DNA of 63,309 nt, filler included. It is 8 parts of 8 records of this genome, joined end to end, with 100 filler letters (N's around TTAATTAATTAA, not from the genome) between each part and the next. Parts side by side here need not be neighbours in the genome. Positions count along the whole stretch, not along the records: positions 5,722 to 20,387 come from SRR31156797_48675; 7 more parts are not named here. The stretch is one strand, 5' to 3'. Both the position numbers and the translations under genes were made by a program. Every line of letters starts with the position of its first letter. Within the stretch, counting starts at the first letter, position 1. The notes below the pieces were generated by a model. The model was not told the DNA's origin and searched no databases. It saw only the letters and a list, made by a program, of their open reading frames with translations. Below are positions 9,049-18,958 of the stretch, one piece after another.

Positions 9049-10389
9049 CTATATTTCGCTCAAGGCGGTATCCAGAACCCCGATGATAAAATCCACGTCC
9101 TCCCGGGTGATGCACATGGGAGGTTTGATGCGCAACACGTTGCCGTGTAAACCGCCTTTGCCGATGAGCAGGCCCATCTCCTTGGCCCTTTCGAAGATTG
9201 TGGCACACACATCGTCGGCGGGCTCCTTGGTCTTTCGATCCTTTACAAATTCAACCCCTGTCATAAGCCCTTTGCCCCGCACATCCCCGATGATTTCATA
9301 CCTTTCCATGAGACTTGTAAGCCCTTCCAGGAGGCGGTTCCCCATGTCCAGGGAGTTCCGTTGCAGATTTTCGCGATCAATGACCTCCAGGACCGCCTTG
9401 CCCATGGCGCAGGATACCGGGTTCCCTCCGAAGGTATTGAAGTGTATGCGATCCGAAAGGAACCGCGCGATTTCGGAGGTGGTGACCACCGCGGCCAGGG
9501 GTGCGCCGTTTCCGATGCCTTTCGCCAGGGTCACAATATCCGGAACGACCCCCTGGGTCTCAAAGCCCCAGTAGTGTGTACCGGTCCGCCCGAAACCTGT
9601 CTGGACCTCATCTGCGATGCATATGCCGCCGGCTTGCCGGATATGATCATAAGCGGCCGGCAGAAATCCGTCAGGGTATACGACGGTTCCGCCGACCCCC
9701 TGTATGGATTCGGCAAAGAAACCGGCAACCGTGCCGGGTGTGGCAAAGGCGATGAGATCCCTGATGTCCCGGGCGTATTTGGCGCCGGCCTCCGGGTCAT
9801 GGTGCCCCCAAGGTCCCCGGTAGGGATCGGGCGCTATGGAATGATGGATCCCGAAGCTGTGCGGGTAATTATATTTCCACGGACTGTGGGCCGTAAGACC
9901 CATGGTGGAAGCGCTCCCCCCATGGTAGCCGTTGCGCAGGGCGATCACGTCATAGTTGCCGGTATAGAGGCGGGCCATGAGAAGGGCCAGATCGTTTGCT
10001 TCCGACCCCGAATTTACGAAGTAGCATACGTTCAGATCTCCCGGCATTTTTTCCGCCAACATCCTGCCGTATTGGCCGATGTTCGGGTGAAGATAGATGG
10101 TTGTGGTATGCTGGAGCAATTCCATCTGTTCGAGGGCCTTTTGGGTGACGTACGGGTGGCAGTGCCCCACACTGATGGTGACGATACCGCCGAAGGCATC
10201 CAGATACCGGCGGCCCTTTTCATCGTAGACATACTGCATGGAGCCTTCCACGATCATTATGGGCTCCCGGTAGTAGGTGACGAGAGCCGGCGTTAAATAA
10301 CCTTTGCGCAGTTCCATTGCCTCTTCAAAAGAGGGGCCGGCGTAAGGTTTGACCGGGTGGCGGTATTCGGGGAGATTGGGTGGTTTCAC
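9049..10389 (-). CDS. Class III PLP aminotransferase, AGXT2/beta-alanine:pyruvate aminotransferase-like
   Basis: YLDAFGGIVTISVGHCHP, FVNSGSEAND, IADEVQTGFGRTG, TLAKGIGNG, HFNTFGGNP. Confidence 0.9.
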   Translation of the reverse strand: MKPPNLPEYRHPVKPYAGPSFEEAMELRKGYLTPALVTYYREPIMIVEGSMQYVYDEKGRRYLDAFGGIVTISVGHCHPYVTQKALEQMELLQHTTTIYLHPNIGQYGRMLAEKMPGDLNVCYFVNSGSEANDLALLMARLYTGNYDVIALRNGYHGGSASTMGLTAHSPWKYNYPHSFGIHHSIAPDPYRGPWGHHDPEAGAKYARDIRDLIAFATPGTVAGFFAESIQGVGGTVVYPDGFLPAAYDHIRQAGGICIADEVQTGFGRTGTHYWGFETQGVVPDIVTLAKGIGNGAPLAAVVTTSEIARFLSDRIHFNTFGGNPVSCAMGKAVLEVIDRENLQRNSLDMGNRLLEGLTSLMERYEIIGDVRGKGLMTGVEFVKDRKTKEPADDVCATIFERAKEMGLLIGKGGLHGNVLRIKPPMCITREDVDFIIGVLDTALSEI

Positions 10390-10472
10390 GATTATTTCCT
10401 CCTGATTCTATTCCACAAATGAGGGAGCGCATTTCATGTTTCCGTCCTTCGACCCGTGCGGACCGAGCCGAC

Positions 10473-11210
10473 TCACTCTTCAGCCTCAAGGGTCCTTTCA
10501 ATGGAACTCAGAGTCAGATAGCGATCCCTGATCTTTTCGTCGGCCATGAATTCTTCATTGGCGCCGCAGTAGACGATCCGGCCCTGGTCCATAACATAAT
10601 GGCGTTTGGCCAGGGCCGTGCACATATCCAGGTTTTGTTCCACCAGCAGAACCGTAATGCCCTCCATCATGATTTCACGGATGGTTTTTTGCAGGTCCTC
10701 GACGATGAGCGGTGCCAGCCCTTCGGACGGTTCATCCAAAAGGAGCAAGAGGGGTTCGCTCATCAGGGCCCGTGCGATGGCCAGCATCTGCTGTTCTCCA
10801 CCGGACAGGTCGGCCCCCCGGTGTTTTCTTCGCTCCGACAGTCTTGGGAATTTTTCGAAAACCTTTTCGACCGTCCAGATTCCTTTCAGATGATCATTCA
10901 TGCCCACCTGGGCGATTTCAAGATTCTCCATTACGCTCAAATGGGCGAAAATAGACCGTTCTTCGGGAACGTAGGCGATACCCTTGCGGGCGATGCGGAA
11001 CGGTTTTTGACCGCTGATGACATCACCCCGGAAGATGATCCGCCCCTCTTTCGGCGTGAGCAGGCCCATGATGGTCCGTATGGTCGTGGTTTTTCCGGCA
11101 CCGTTTCGACCGAGTAAGGTAACCGTCTCGCCCTGTTCAATGAAAAGGTCAATCCCGTGAAGAATGTGACTGGTTCCATAGTAGGCGTGGACCCTTTCCA
11201 GCTTTATCAT
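10473..11210 (-). CDS. livF: Branched-chain amino acid-type ABC ATPase (LivF-like)
   Basis: GRNGAGKTT, LSGGEQQMLAIARAL, LDEPSEGLAP. Confidence 0.9.
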   Translation of the reverse strand: MIKLERVHAYYGTSHILHGIDLFIEQGETVTLLGRNGAGKTTTIRTIMGLLTPKEGRIIFRGDVISGQKPFRIARKGIAYVPEERSIFAHLSVMENLEIAQVGMNDHLKGIWTVEKVFEKFPRLSERRKHRGADLSGGEQQMLAIARALMSEPLLLLLDEPSEGLAPLIVEDLQKTIREIMMEGITVLLVEQNLDMCTALAKRHYVMDQGRIVYCGANEEFMADEKIRDRYLTLSSIERTLEAEE

Positions 11211-11950
11211 TACACGTGCCCTCCCAGATAGGCCTTCCGAACTTCTTTGTCTTTTTCCACCTCAGACGGTTTGCCGGAAGCGATTACCGTCCCCTGGTAA
11301 AGCACCGTAATGGCGGATGAGATGGACATGACCAGGTTCATGTTATGCTCTATGACGATCATGGTAAGGCGTTTGGCGATTTTGCTGAGCAATCGAACCA
11401 TCCTTACGGAATCATCGGGGGACATTCCGCTGGTGGGTTCATCAAGAAGGAGCAGCAACGGATCCGCGGCCAGGGCAAGGGCTAACTCCAGGGTGCGCTG
11501 CTGTCCGTGGGGCAGTTCCCCGGCCTGCTTGGTTGCGATTTCCGTGATGCCGAGCTCTTCCAGCACCTGCCAGGCTTTCTCGGCCGGCGCCGTGAATGAG
11601 AGGAAATGACGCGTGAAGTTGAATCTGCCGCCGTGATGGGCATGCTGAGCCAGCCGTACGTTCTCCAAAACGCTCAAATTCCCGAAGAGTTTGTTCTGCT
11701 GAAAGGATCGGCCGATACGGGCTTTCGCAATATGATGGGGTTTGAGATCGGTGATATCCTTCTCCCGAAAAAAGATCTTTCCTTCGGAGACCGGGATTTC
11801 CCCGGTCAGCATATTGAAGAGGGTCGTTTTCCCGGCCCCGTTGGGTCCGATGATCGAATGGACATGGCCCTCTTCCACCGATAGATTGACCTTGTTGACC
11901 GCCGTCAGCCCCCCAAAGTGTTTGGTTAAACCCTCAGTGCGCAAAATCAT
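11210..11950 (-). CDS. livG: Branched-chain amino acid-type ABC ATPase (LivG-like)
   Basis: KHFGGLTAV, GPNGAGKTT, LDEPTSG, IEHNM, AYLG; likely start at MILRT overlapping the livM stop. Confidence 0.9.
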   Translation of the reverse strand: MILRTEGLTKHFGGLTAVNKVNLSVEEGHVHSIIGPNGAGKTTLFNMLTGEIPVSEGKIFFREKDITDLKPHHIAKARIGRSFQQNKLFGNLSVLENVRLAQHAHHGGRFNFTRHFLSFTAPAEKAWQVLEELGITEIATKQAGELPHGQQRTLELALALAADPLLLLLDEPTSGMSPDDSVRMVRLLSKIAKRLTMIVIEHNMNLVMSISSAITVLYQGTVIASGKPSEVEKDKEVRKAYLGGHV

Positions 11951-12948
11951 GATGAATGTTTCTCCTTGCAGGCCGTGGCCGTGGCTTTCCGTTTTTGCAG
12001 AATCCCGGTCAGCAAGCCCCAGACGCCTCCTCTCATGAAGAGTACACAAAGGATAAAGGCCAGTCCGAGGATTAATGTCCACCGCGCCCAGATTTCACTG
12101 AGAAATTCAGAAGCAATCTTGACGATAACCGCGCCGATGATCGGTCCGTAGAGCGAACCCAAACCGCCGAGCAGGCTCATGACGATGAAATCGGTGGATG
12201 TAAAGAGTTCCACCGCGGTGATGGGCACCATCTTCATGAACAGGGCGTAAAGCCCGCCGGCCAGGCCGGTGAAAAAACCGGACATCACGAAGGCGGCAAG
12301 CTTGTAGTGTTGGATGTTGTAGCCCACGGCCGTTGCCCGTTCCGGGTTTTCCTTTACCGCCATCAAGATGCGGCCGAAGGGAGAGTTGAGAACCCGTCTT
12401 ATGGCGATGACGGCCAGCATGAAAATAATCCAGACAAAGACAAAGAACTGAAAATTCGTTTGAATGGGTATGGCCACTCCGGGAAAAAGGCTCAAATCCG
12501 GCCGCGGTACACCCAGGAGGCCGTCGTCTCCGCCGGTGAGGCTTTTCCACTGGTACACGATGAAAAAAACCAGCTGGTTGAAAGCCAGCGTGAGCATGAC
12601 GAAATAGATCCCCACTTGGCGGATGGAAAAGATACCGATGACCAGGGCGGTTACCGCACCCATAAGGCAGGAGGAGAGAAGCGCCAGAAGCGGGTGCAGT
12701 CCCCAATGGATCAGAAGGAGGCCGGTCACATAGGCGCCCGCGCCGAAGAGGGCCCCCTGACCGAAGGAGAGCATGCCCGTAAAGCCGAGCAGGATGTTGA
12801 ATGAAACAGCGCCCAGGGCGTATATCAAAATCTCGGCAGCCAGGGTCTTGTAAGGCAGTACGAACGGGAGTAAAAACACGAGGCCTGCCAGGATACAGAT
12901 CTCCCGATCCACCAGCGGTTGCTTCTTTCCGAATTCCGCATTAATCAT
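11947..12948 (-). CDS. livM: Branched-chain amino acid-type ABC permease (LivM-like); start approximate
   Basis: GFTGMLSFGQ, YFVMLTLAF, LTGGDDG, SPFGR...KENPERA. Confidence 0.88.
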   Translation of the reverse strand: MINAEFGKKQPLVDREICILAGLVFLLPFVLPYKTLAAEILIYALGAVSFNILLGFTGMLSFGQGALFGAGAYVTGLLLIHWGLHPLLALLSSCLMGAVTALVIGIFSIRQVGIYFVMLTLAFNQLVFFIVYQWKSLTGGDDGLLGVPRPDLSLFPGVAIPIQTNFQFFVFVWIIFMLAVIAIRRVLNSPFGRILMAVKENPERATAVGYNIQHYKLAAFVMSGFFTGLAGGLYALFMKMVPITAVELFTSTDFIVMSLLGGLGSLYGPIIGAVIVKIASEFLSEIWARWTLILGLAFILCVLFMRGGVWGLLTGILQKRKATATACKEKHSS

Positions 12949-12971
12949 TTCATTTCCTTTTCTAACCTTTT

Positions 12972-13847
12972 TTACCTTAACCCCATTAAACCCTTCGGCT
13001 TTATCAGAATGACCAGGGCCATGGCCGCAAATATGCAAATCATGGTTCCCTGGGGCCAGAACAGGATCATCATGGACTCCACGATGCCGACAATGAGCCC
13101 GCCCACGATGGCCCCTGAAAAACTCCCCATGCCGCCGATGACCACGACCACAAATGATATGAGCAGGACGGAATCTCCCATGAGCGGTTGGGCGCCGCGC
13201 ATGGGCAGAATCAGGACCCCGGCCAGGCCGGCCAGCCCCGCGCCGAAAGCGAATACAATGGTAAAAACACGGTAGATGTCAATCCCCAGACAGTTGACCA
13301 TGTCCCGGTTGTCGACCCCGGCGCGGATAATGGCGCCATAGCTGGTCTTTTCGATGAGGAGCCAGGTGCCCAGGCAGATGGATGCAATAAAAGCAATCAG
13401 AAAAACCCTGTATACGGGGAAGGCGAACACCCCGAAATCCAGTACCCCTGCCAACAGGGAAGGCATGGGGATGCTTTTGCCGATGGGACCCCAGATCATG
13501 ATAATCCCCTCCTGAATGAACAGGGCCAACCCGAAAGTCAAAAGGATCTGGTATTCGTGAACCACGTCGTACATCCGTCTGAGGAGGATTATCTCTATCA
13601 CGGCGCCTACAACAGCCACGGCAAAGGGTGCTGCGAGGACGGCGATCCAGAAACTCCCCCACCAGGTTCCCATGAGGGCCGCCAAACTGAAGGCGAAGTA
13701 GGCTCCGAGGGCGTAAACCGCGCCATGGGCGAAGTTGATGACATTGAGCATGCCGAAGACAATGGTCAAGCCCAGAGTAATAAGGACATAAATCATGCCC
13801 AGGACAACGCCGTTGACCAACTGCATTAATATCAGCCCAGTAGTCAA
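12972..13847 (-). CDS. livH: Branched-chain amino acid-type ABC permease (LivH-like)
   Basis: GLTIVFGMLNVINFAHG, FVVVVIGGMGS, PKGLMG. Confidence 0.9.
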   Translation of the reverse strand: MTTGLILMQLVNGVVLGMIYVLITLGLTIVFGMLNVINFAHGAVYALGAYFAFSLAALMGTWWGSFWIAVLAAPFAVAVVGAVIEIILLRRMYDVVHEYQILLTFGLALFIQEGIIMIWGPIGKSIPMPSLLAGVLDFGVFAFPVYRVFLIAFIASICLGTWLLIEKTSYGAIIRAGVDNRDMVNCLGIDIYRVFTIVFAFGAGLAGLAGVLILPMRGAQPLMGDSVLLISFVVVVIGGMGSFSGAIVGGLIVGIVESMMILFWPQGTMICIFAAMALVILIKPKGLMGLR

Positions 13848-13919
13848 AAAAGCCTCCTTTTTTCAATGACGGAAAAAGATTGAAGGAGAGGAACCATGGC
13901 CCCTCTCTCCATGTGAAAA

Positions 13920-15122
13920 CTATCTCATTTTGCAATCCGATTCACTTTCCGGTTTCACGGATATTCCGTAGGAAACGATGGCGGCCCTGTCGCCCGAACT
14001 TTTGATCTCTTTCTTTGACAAGGCCAGCAGCAGATAGTAATTTTTCTTGGTTTGATGGTCAAAGGCCTGGATGGTCTCCATACCGGTGAGACCCCCGTAT
14101 TGCATCCCTTCCAGGGCTTTGACCACCGCTGTGGTGTCTATTGTTCCGGCCTTTTCAATGCCCATGAGCTGCACCTTGGTCATGATGTAAGCGCCCGCTT
14201 CCGGGTAAGACGGAAGCCGGTTGTACTTTTTCTTCCAAACCTCGCACAGTTTTTTTGTCAAGGGGACATCCACGCCGTGCCAGAATTGGCATCCGAAATA
14301 GACCCCTTCACAGGACTCCGGACCGATCTCTTCCAGGTCCCTCAGTCCGGACGACCAGGCGACCAGTATCTTGGCTTTTTTGGTGAGGCCGAAATTTTTG
14401 GCCTGTTTGAGGGCATTGATGGTGTCCTTTCCGAAGTTGAAAAAGACGACGAAGTCCGCCTTGGCGGCCATGGCTTTGGTGATGAAGGAACTGAACTCGG
14501 TGTGGCCGATGGGGTGCATATCATTTCCCACGTGTTCGACGCCGAATTCCTTGAAGACGGCCTTGGCGTTGTTCAGGAGGGAGTGCCCGAATACATAGTC
14601 GGGTGTAACGGTGTACCACCGTTTGGCCTCGGGAAACTTCTTGATCAAGGGCTTGATTGTCTGCTGCACGGCGCCGTATGTGGGGATGGACCATCTGAAG
14701 GTGAACCGGTTGCATTTTGTACCCGTGACGGCATCAGCCCCCACCGTGGTATAGAAAACGGCCTTTTTCTCCTTTGCCACCTGGCTTACGGCCAGGGCGA
14801 CGCCGGAACTGGCACATCCGTTGAAGAACTTGACCCCCTTGGCATCAGCCGCTTCCCGTACCTTGCGGGCCGCAACGCCTGGTTTCACCTCGGTGTCAAT
14901 GAACACGAGTTCTACGGGGTTGTCGAGTACTTTGCCTTCGACCTCTTCAACCGCATATTTTGCCCCCCGAACCATATCCTGGCCCATGGATGCGTAAGGA
15001 CCGCTCATGGGGCTCAAAATCCCCATGGAGACCTTCTCCTTCGCCATGGCCGGAATAGAGAAGACCACTGCCATGATTGAAACGATTCCCACCACAAAAA
15101 AAAGCCTCAGCCGTTTGTCCAT
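13920..15122 (-). CDS. ABC substrate-binding protein (LivK/type I periplasmic family)
   Basis: Signal peptide ending AMA, PMSGPYA, DTEVKP, DYVFGH; GGAGGAGG RBS. Confidence 0.9.
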   Translation of the reverse strand: MDKRLRLFFVVGIVSIMAVVFSIPAMAKEKVSMGILSPMSGPYASMGQDMVRGAKYAVEEVEGKVLDNPVELVFIDTEVKPGVAARKVREAADAKGVKFFNGCASSGVALAVSQVAKEKKAVFYTTVGADAVTGTKCNRFTFRWSIPTYGAVQQTIKPLIKKFPEAKRWYTVTPDYVFGHSLLNNAKAVFKEFGVEHVGNDMHPIGHTEFSSFITKAMAAKADFVVFFNFGKDTINALKQAKNFGLTKKAKILVAWSSGLRDLEEIGPESCEGVYFGCQFWHGVDVPLTKKLCEVWKKKYNRLPSYPEAGAYIMTKVQLMGIEKAGTIDTTAVVKALEGMQYGGLTGMETIQAFDHQTKKNYYLLLALSKKEIKSSGDRAAIVSYGISVKPESESDCKMR

Positions 15123-15232
15123 TTTCCTCCTCCTTTTAAAAAGTGTTTGTAAGGGAGTATCTTTTTTCTGACGAGCGTCAGTGGATACCTGCCTTGGATA
15201 GGTCGTGGCGTTCTTGATACCGAGAACTTTTG

Positions 15233-16855
15233 CTATGTTTTTGAGTAGGCAATGTTTCCGCCCACAATTGTCATATCTATCCCGATTTCGCTGATGTTAT
15301 CGGGATCCATGGACCATGGGTCTTCCGTCAATACAACCATGTCGGCCAGTCGACCCGGCGTTAGCGACCCCTTGATATCCTCTTCAAAGGATGCATAGGC
15401 CCCATGGGTGGTGTACATCTTGAAAGCCTCTTCCAGGGAAATCCTTTGGTCCCGCCCAATGACGTCACCGAAAGATGTTTTTCGCGTTACCATGCATTGT
15501 ACCCCCAAGAGAGGCGGATAAAGGCCCGCGGGGTGGTCCGAAGAGCCCGCAACCCGGATTCCGGCGTCCAGGAAACTTTTATGGGCGAACATGGTTCGGG
15601 CCCTTTCCTTGCCGTAGTATTGAACCAGCTTTTCACCATGCTGCCATACGTAAGAAGCAAAAGGGAGGGCCATCACCCCCAGTGCCCCCATTCTTGAAAG
15701 GATCGCATCGTCGATCATGGTGCAGTGTTCTATCCTGTGCCTGGGGTCCCGGCGCGGATTGCCTGCCTGGGCCGACTCGATGGCGTTCAAAGCCATTTCG
15801 ATGGCCAAATCCCCATTGGCATGTATACAGGCCTGATACCCCGTATCGTGGATTCTTTTTACCCAGTTATTCAACTCGGATTGATCTTTCATGAGTAAAA
15901 CACCGTGATCATCCGGATCGTGTGCATATCCCCCCTTGAGGGCCGCCGTCCGTCCGGCTATGGCTCCGTCGAGGAGAATTTTTATCCCGGTGCAACGCAC
16001 CCATTCATCCCCCCACTTTCCAACCAATCCCAGTTTTTCCAGCTGGGGCAGGAATATATGGGGGATCAACATGTTTACCCGTGTCAACAGCGAGGAATCT
16101 CCGGCCAGGTCGTGATAAGATGTCACATAATCGGGTGAGACCAAAGCGTCTCCCACACTGGTGACTCCCGCCCCGTTTAGCACCTTTACGGCCTTCAGCA
16201 GCGCCTTCTTGCGGACATGACGAGGATAGGGCGGCACGACCGTTTCAGTTTCGCTCAATGACGGGAAGGCGAAATTGAACAGGGCATTTTCAATCAATCG
16301 GCCCGTAAGTTTTCCCGTGTCGGGGTTCCGGCCCAAAACGCCGCCTTTGGGATCGGGGCTTTTCCCATCCAGCCCCCCCAGTTGTAATGCCCGTGAGTTG
16401 ACGATACCCCAATGGGCGCTGACATGGAGCACCAATACCGGGTTGTCCGGGGCGGCCTTGTCCAGGTCGTATCGATCAAGGATCCGGTTTTCGACCATTT
16501 TTGTGTCATCGTAAAGCATCCCCCGGATCCAATCCCCCGGCTTCAAATCCTTGGCCGCTTCGCTGATGATGTCAAGCAGTCCGGAAAGGCTGTCCACATG
16601 TTCTGTAGACAGGTCAAGTTGAAGGGGGATTTCCGCAAAGAGGGACAGATGTTCGTGGGCGTCGATAAACCCCGGCAGGACGGTTTTCCCTTGAAGGTCC
16701 ATGGATTCCGTCTTTTTTCCCATGAGATGACGCAGATCCCGGTTCGATCCCGTGCCGATAATCCGGCCGTTCAAGACAGCCACGGCCTGGGCCATTGTTC
16801 CTGCCGGGTCCAGAGTCCTTATTCTGCCGTTTTGGATAATCAAGTCCGCATGCAT
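15233..16855 (-). CDS. Amidohydrolase (YtcJ/NfdA-like, Amidohydro_3)
   Basis: PGFIDAHEH, HANGDLA, RHRIEHC, GSSDHP, KGSLTPGRLADMVV; GGAGG RBS before MHADL. Confidence 0.9.
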   Translation of the reverse strand: MHADLIIQNGRIRTLDPAGTMAQAVAVLNGRIIGTGSNRDLRHLMGKKTESMDLQGKTVLPGFIDAHEHLSLFAEIPLQLDLSTEHVDSLSGLLDIISEAAKDLKPGDWIRGMLYDDTKMVENRILDRYDLDKAAPDNPVLVLHVSAHWGIVNSRALQLGGLDGKSPDPKGGVLGRNPDTGKLTGRLIENALFNFAFPSLSETETVVPPYPRHVRKKALLKAVKVLNGAGVTSVGDALVSPDYVTSYHDLAGDSSLLTRVNMLIPHIFLPQLEKLGLVGKWGDEWVRCTGIKILLDGAIAGRTAALKGGYAHDPDDHGVLLMKDQSELNNWVKRIHDTGYQACIHANGDLAIEMALNAIESAQAGNPRRDPRHRIEHCTMIDDAILSRMGALGVMALPFASYVWQHGEKLVQYYGKERARTMFAHKSFLDAGIRVAGSSDHPAGLYPPLLGVQCMVTRKTSFGDVIGRDQRISLEEAFKMYTTHGAYASFEEDIKGSLTPGRLADMVVLTEDPWSMDPDNISEIGIDMTIVGGNIAYSKT

Positions 16856-16891
16856 GTTACACCTCCAAATCCAATGGGGATCCGTCAATTT

Positions 16892-17950
16892 TCAGGGAAG
16901 GCACACTTCCCGATACATATTCCGGCACGGCTGGCCATAGGTGGCCCGAATCTTTTTTTCAAAAAGGTCGAATACAAAAGAACCCACTGTTTCCGTCTGC
17001 AAATGCTTTGGAACATCCGTATCGACGTGGCGGCAGATGGATGTGGGGCCGTTTTCATGATCCGTGAAGACATTTTGAAGTTCGTGAGGCGCCCATATCT
17101 CCTTCTGGTCGATGAGCTTTTGAGCCCGATGGAGCCGTTTTACCGTATCCGGAAGCATGGCACGTGTGATGTCGGTCGCCGTGACGGAAGGGTTACGAAA
17201 ATGATTGGTATGGAGAACGGCGTTTTTAGCGGGAAGAATTTCAGCGCACGTCTTTGGGGTGAATTCCAAGCCGGTAATGCTCCCTTCCACGTCCCCCAGC
17301 AAGAAATGGCTGGCTGAAGCCCGAACCGCTTTTCTGACACATGCAACAGCCCCTTTCACATCAACCTCGTTCAAGATCATCCGCAGCAGAAGGTGAACCG
17401 GAATGCCGGGCTGTAAATCCCCGGAGACGAGGATGTTGAGCAAGACGCCCAGACCGGCCTCATTGAGCCCGATCTTACCCACTTGGCCGGCTTCTGCGAA
17501 TATCAAGGCCCTGGGACCGTCCGCGGGTTCCAGGATAAAAAAAGCGGCCCCGGTTTTGGACCGAGGCGTCCAATCCCAGTTCTGGCCCAATAAAGGCCGT
17601 CCGTTGTCGGTTCTTTGGCCGGCAAGTCCCATGGCCGTACATTCTGCCGACCATGTGCCGGACATGAGCTCGGTCCGGGCATTCAACAAAAGGACGGATG
17701 CCATGGGTACCCGGGCGCCGCTGGCAATGCCTTCCATTTCTTCAACCAACAACGGCGCGTTTTCCTCTAAAACGGGGAGAAAAGCCAGGGCTTGCTCCAG
17801 TATCTTCTCTTTCTCTGTTTCCGTATCACCCCGCAGCATTTTTATATATAAAGAAAGGTTGGCCCCAATCTGCCGGTTCAGAGCGCGACCATGCTCGAAA
17901 CCCATGTCAAAGGGCCTGCCCTTTAATGATATGATCGGGAAGAATTCCAT
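16892..17950 (-). CDS. C45 family autoproteolytic Ntn hydrolase/acyltransferase
   Basis: EEMEGIASGA, LNARTEL, E-CT cleavage site, GQNWDW, GLNEAG, HTNHF, ICRH. Confidence 0.85.
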   Translation of the reverse strand: MEFFPIISLKGRPFDMGFEHGRALNRQIGANLSLYIKMLRGDTETEKEKILEQALAFLPVLEENAPLLVEEMEGIASGARVPMASVLLLNARTELMSGTWSAECTAMGLAGQRTDNGRPLLGQNWDWTPRSKTGAAFFILEPADGPRALIFAEAGQVGKIGLNEAGLGVLLNILVSGDLQPGIPVHLLLRMILNEVDVKGAVACVRKAVRASASHFLLGDVEGSITGLEFTPKTCAEILPAKNAVLHTNHFRNPSVTATDITRAMLPDTVKRLHRAQKLIDQKEIWAPHELQNVFTDHENGPTSICRHVDTDVPKHLQTETVGSFVFDLFEKKIRATYGQPCRNMYREVCLP

Positions 17951-18239
17951 AGAGCCTTTTTTCTTGTCAAAGGAATATCGTGAAGTAATATACTTCTTAA
18001 TGGAGTTCAATTTTCATGTCAAGGAAAAATATTGATATATTCACGAAAAAGATTATATTGTACCATAAAATATGCGAATATGGATAATACCATTCAAAAA
18101 ATTATCGTAAATCGTTTTTTTAGGCCTATTCCTTTGATCCGCTTTTAAAGGCATCCTGAAGAAGGCAAATTGAACTTTTAACCGTGACACGAATGCCATA
18201 TGATAGAATAGTGCAGATAGATGAAAGGGGGGGAGTCCT

Positions 18240-18725
18240 TTGGAAAAAATGAGCCCGCATAAAAAGGCGGAAAAAATCGATAAAATTGATTGTAAGATAA
18301 TCAATTTGCTGCAGAAAGACGGAAGGCTTCCAAATACCATGATTGCCAAAAAGGTGGGAATCTCGGAATCAACGGTTCGGACGCGTTTGAATAGATTGAT
18401 CAAAGAGGAATTTATTCAAATTGTTGCGGTGAGCAACCCCTTAAAATTAGGTTTTCAGATGGTGGGAAACATACGGATTCACATCGATATCAAAAAGGCT
18501 GATAATGTTATAAAAGAGCTGAGTAAACTTGACCAGATATGGTTTATCGTTCAAACCACCGGCGGAACAGATGTATATGCTGAGTTTATCGTCAAATCTC
18601 TTGATGAACTCAATAGCCTGGCCTTTGAAAAAATAAACAAAATAGATGGGATCGTTCGAACAGACACCTCATTAATTCTGAAATTCATAAAAAGGCAATA
18701 TGATTGGGGAACCGCATTTGATTAG
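18240..18725 (+). CDS. Lrp/AsnC family transcriptional regulator
   Basis: IDKIDCKIINLLQKDGR...IAKKVGISESTVRTRLNRL, TTGGTD. Confidence 0.92.
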   Translation: MEKMSPHKKAEKIDKIDCKIINLLQKDGRLPNTMIAKKVGISESTVRTRLNRLIKEEFIQIVAVSNPLKLGFQMVGNIRIHIDIKKADNVIKELSKLDQIWFIVQTTGGTDVYAEFIVKSLDELNSLAFEKINKIDGIVRTDTSLILKFIKRQYDWGTAFD

Positions 18726-18958
18726 GGGCGATTTGCTCGTAGGTGGGTAAAAAAGATATTCGCACCGGCCAAACCGTACGCTGGGAAGATATGAGGCGGG
18801 ATGTATAAAGTAGAACTTTCATTGAGGTCATCGGCTTCAGATGCGACATTTATCAAGCATAATGGAATGGGTTTAATATGCGATGGTGATGCCTCTGCCA
18901 CGATTGTTGACGGGAATCCCCGGAATTTGGCATTCCGGGGATCCACGAACGCCTTCAG

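Noticed and set aside
14052-15080. Long antisense ORFs (also 9361-10296, 30225-31376, 37618-38619)
   Set aside because: They are shadows of well-supported GC-rich genes on the opposite strand and have no recognisable motifs.
18028-18050. Rex-like operator (TTCGTGAATATATCAAT on the minus strand)
   Set aside because: Only one half-site fits; the AT-rich region is equally explained by Lrp binding or promoter sequence.
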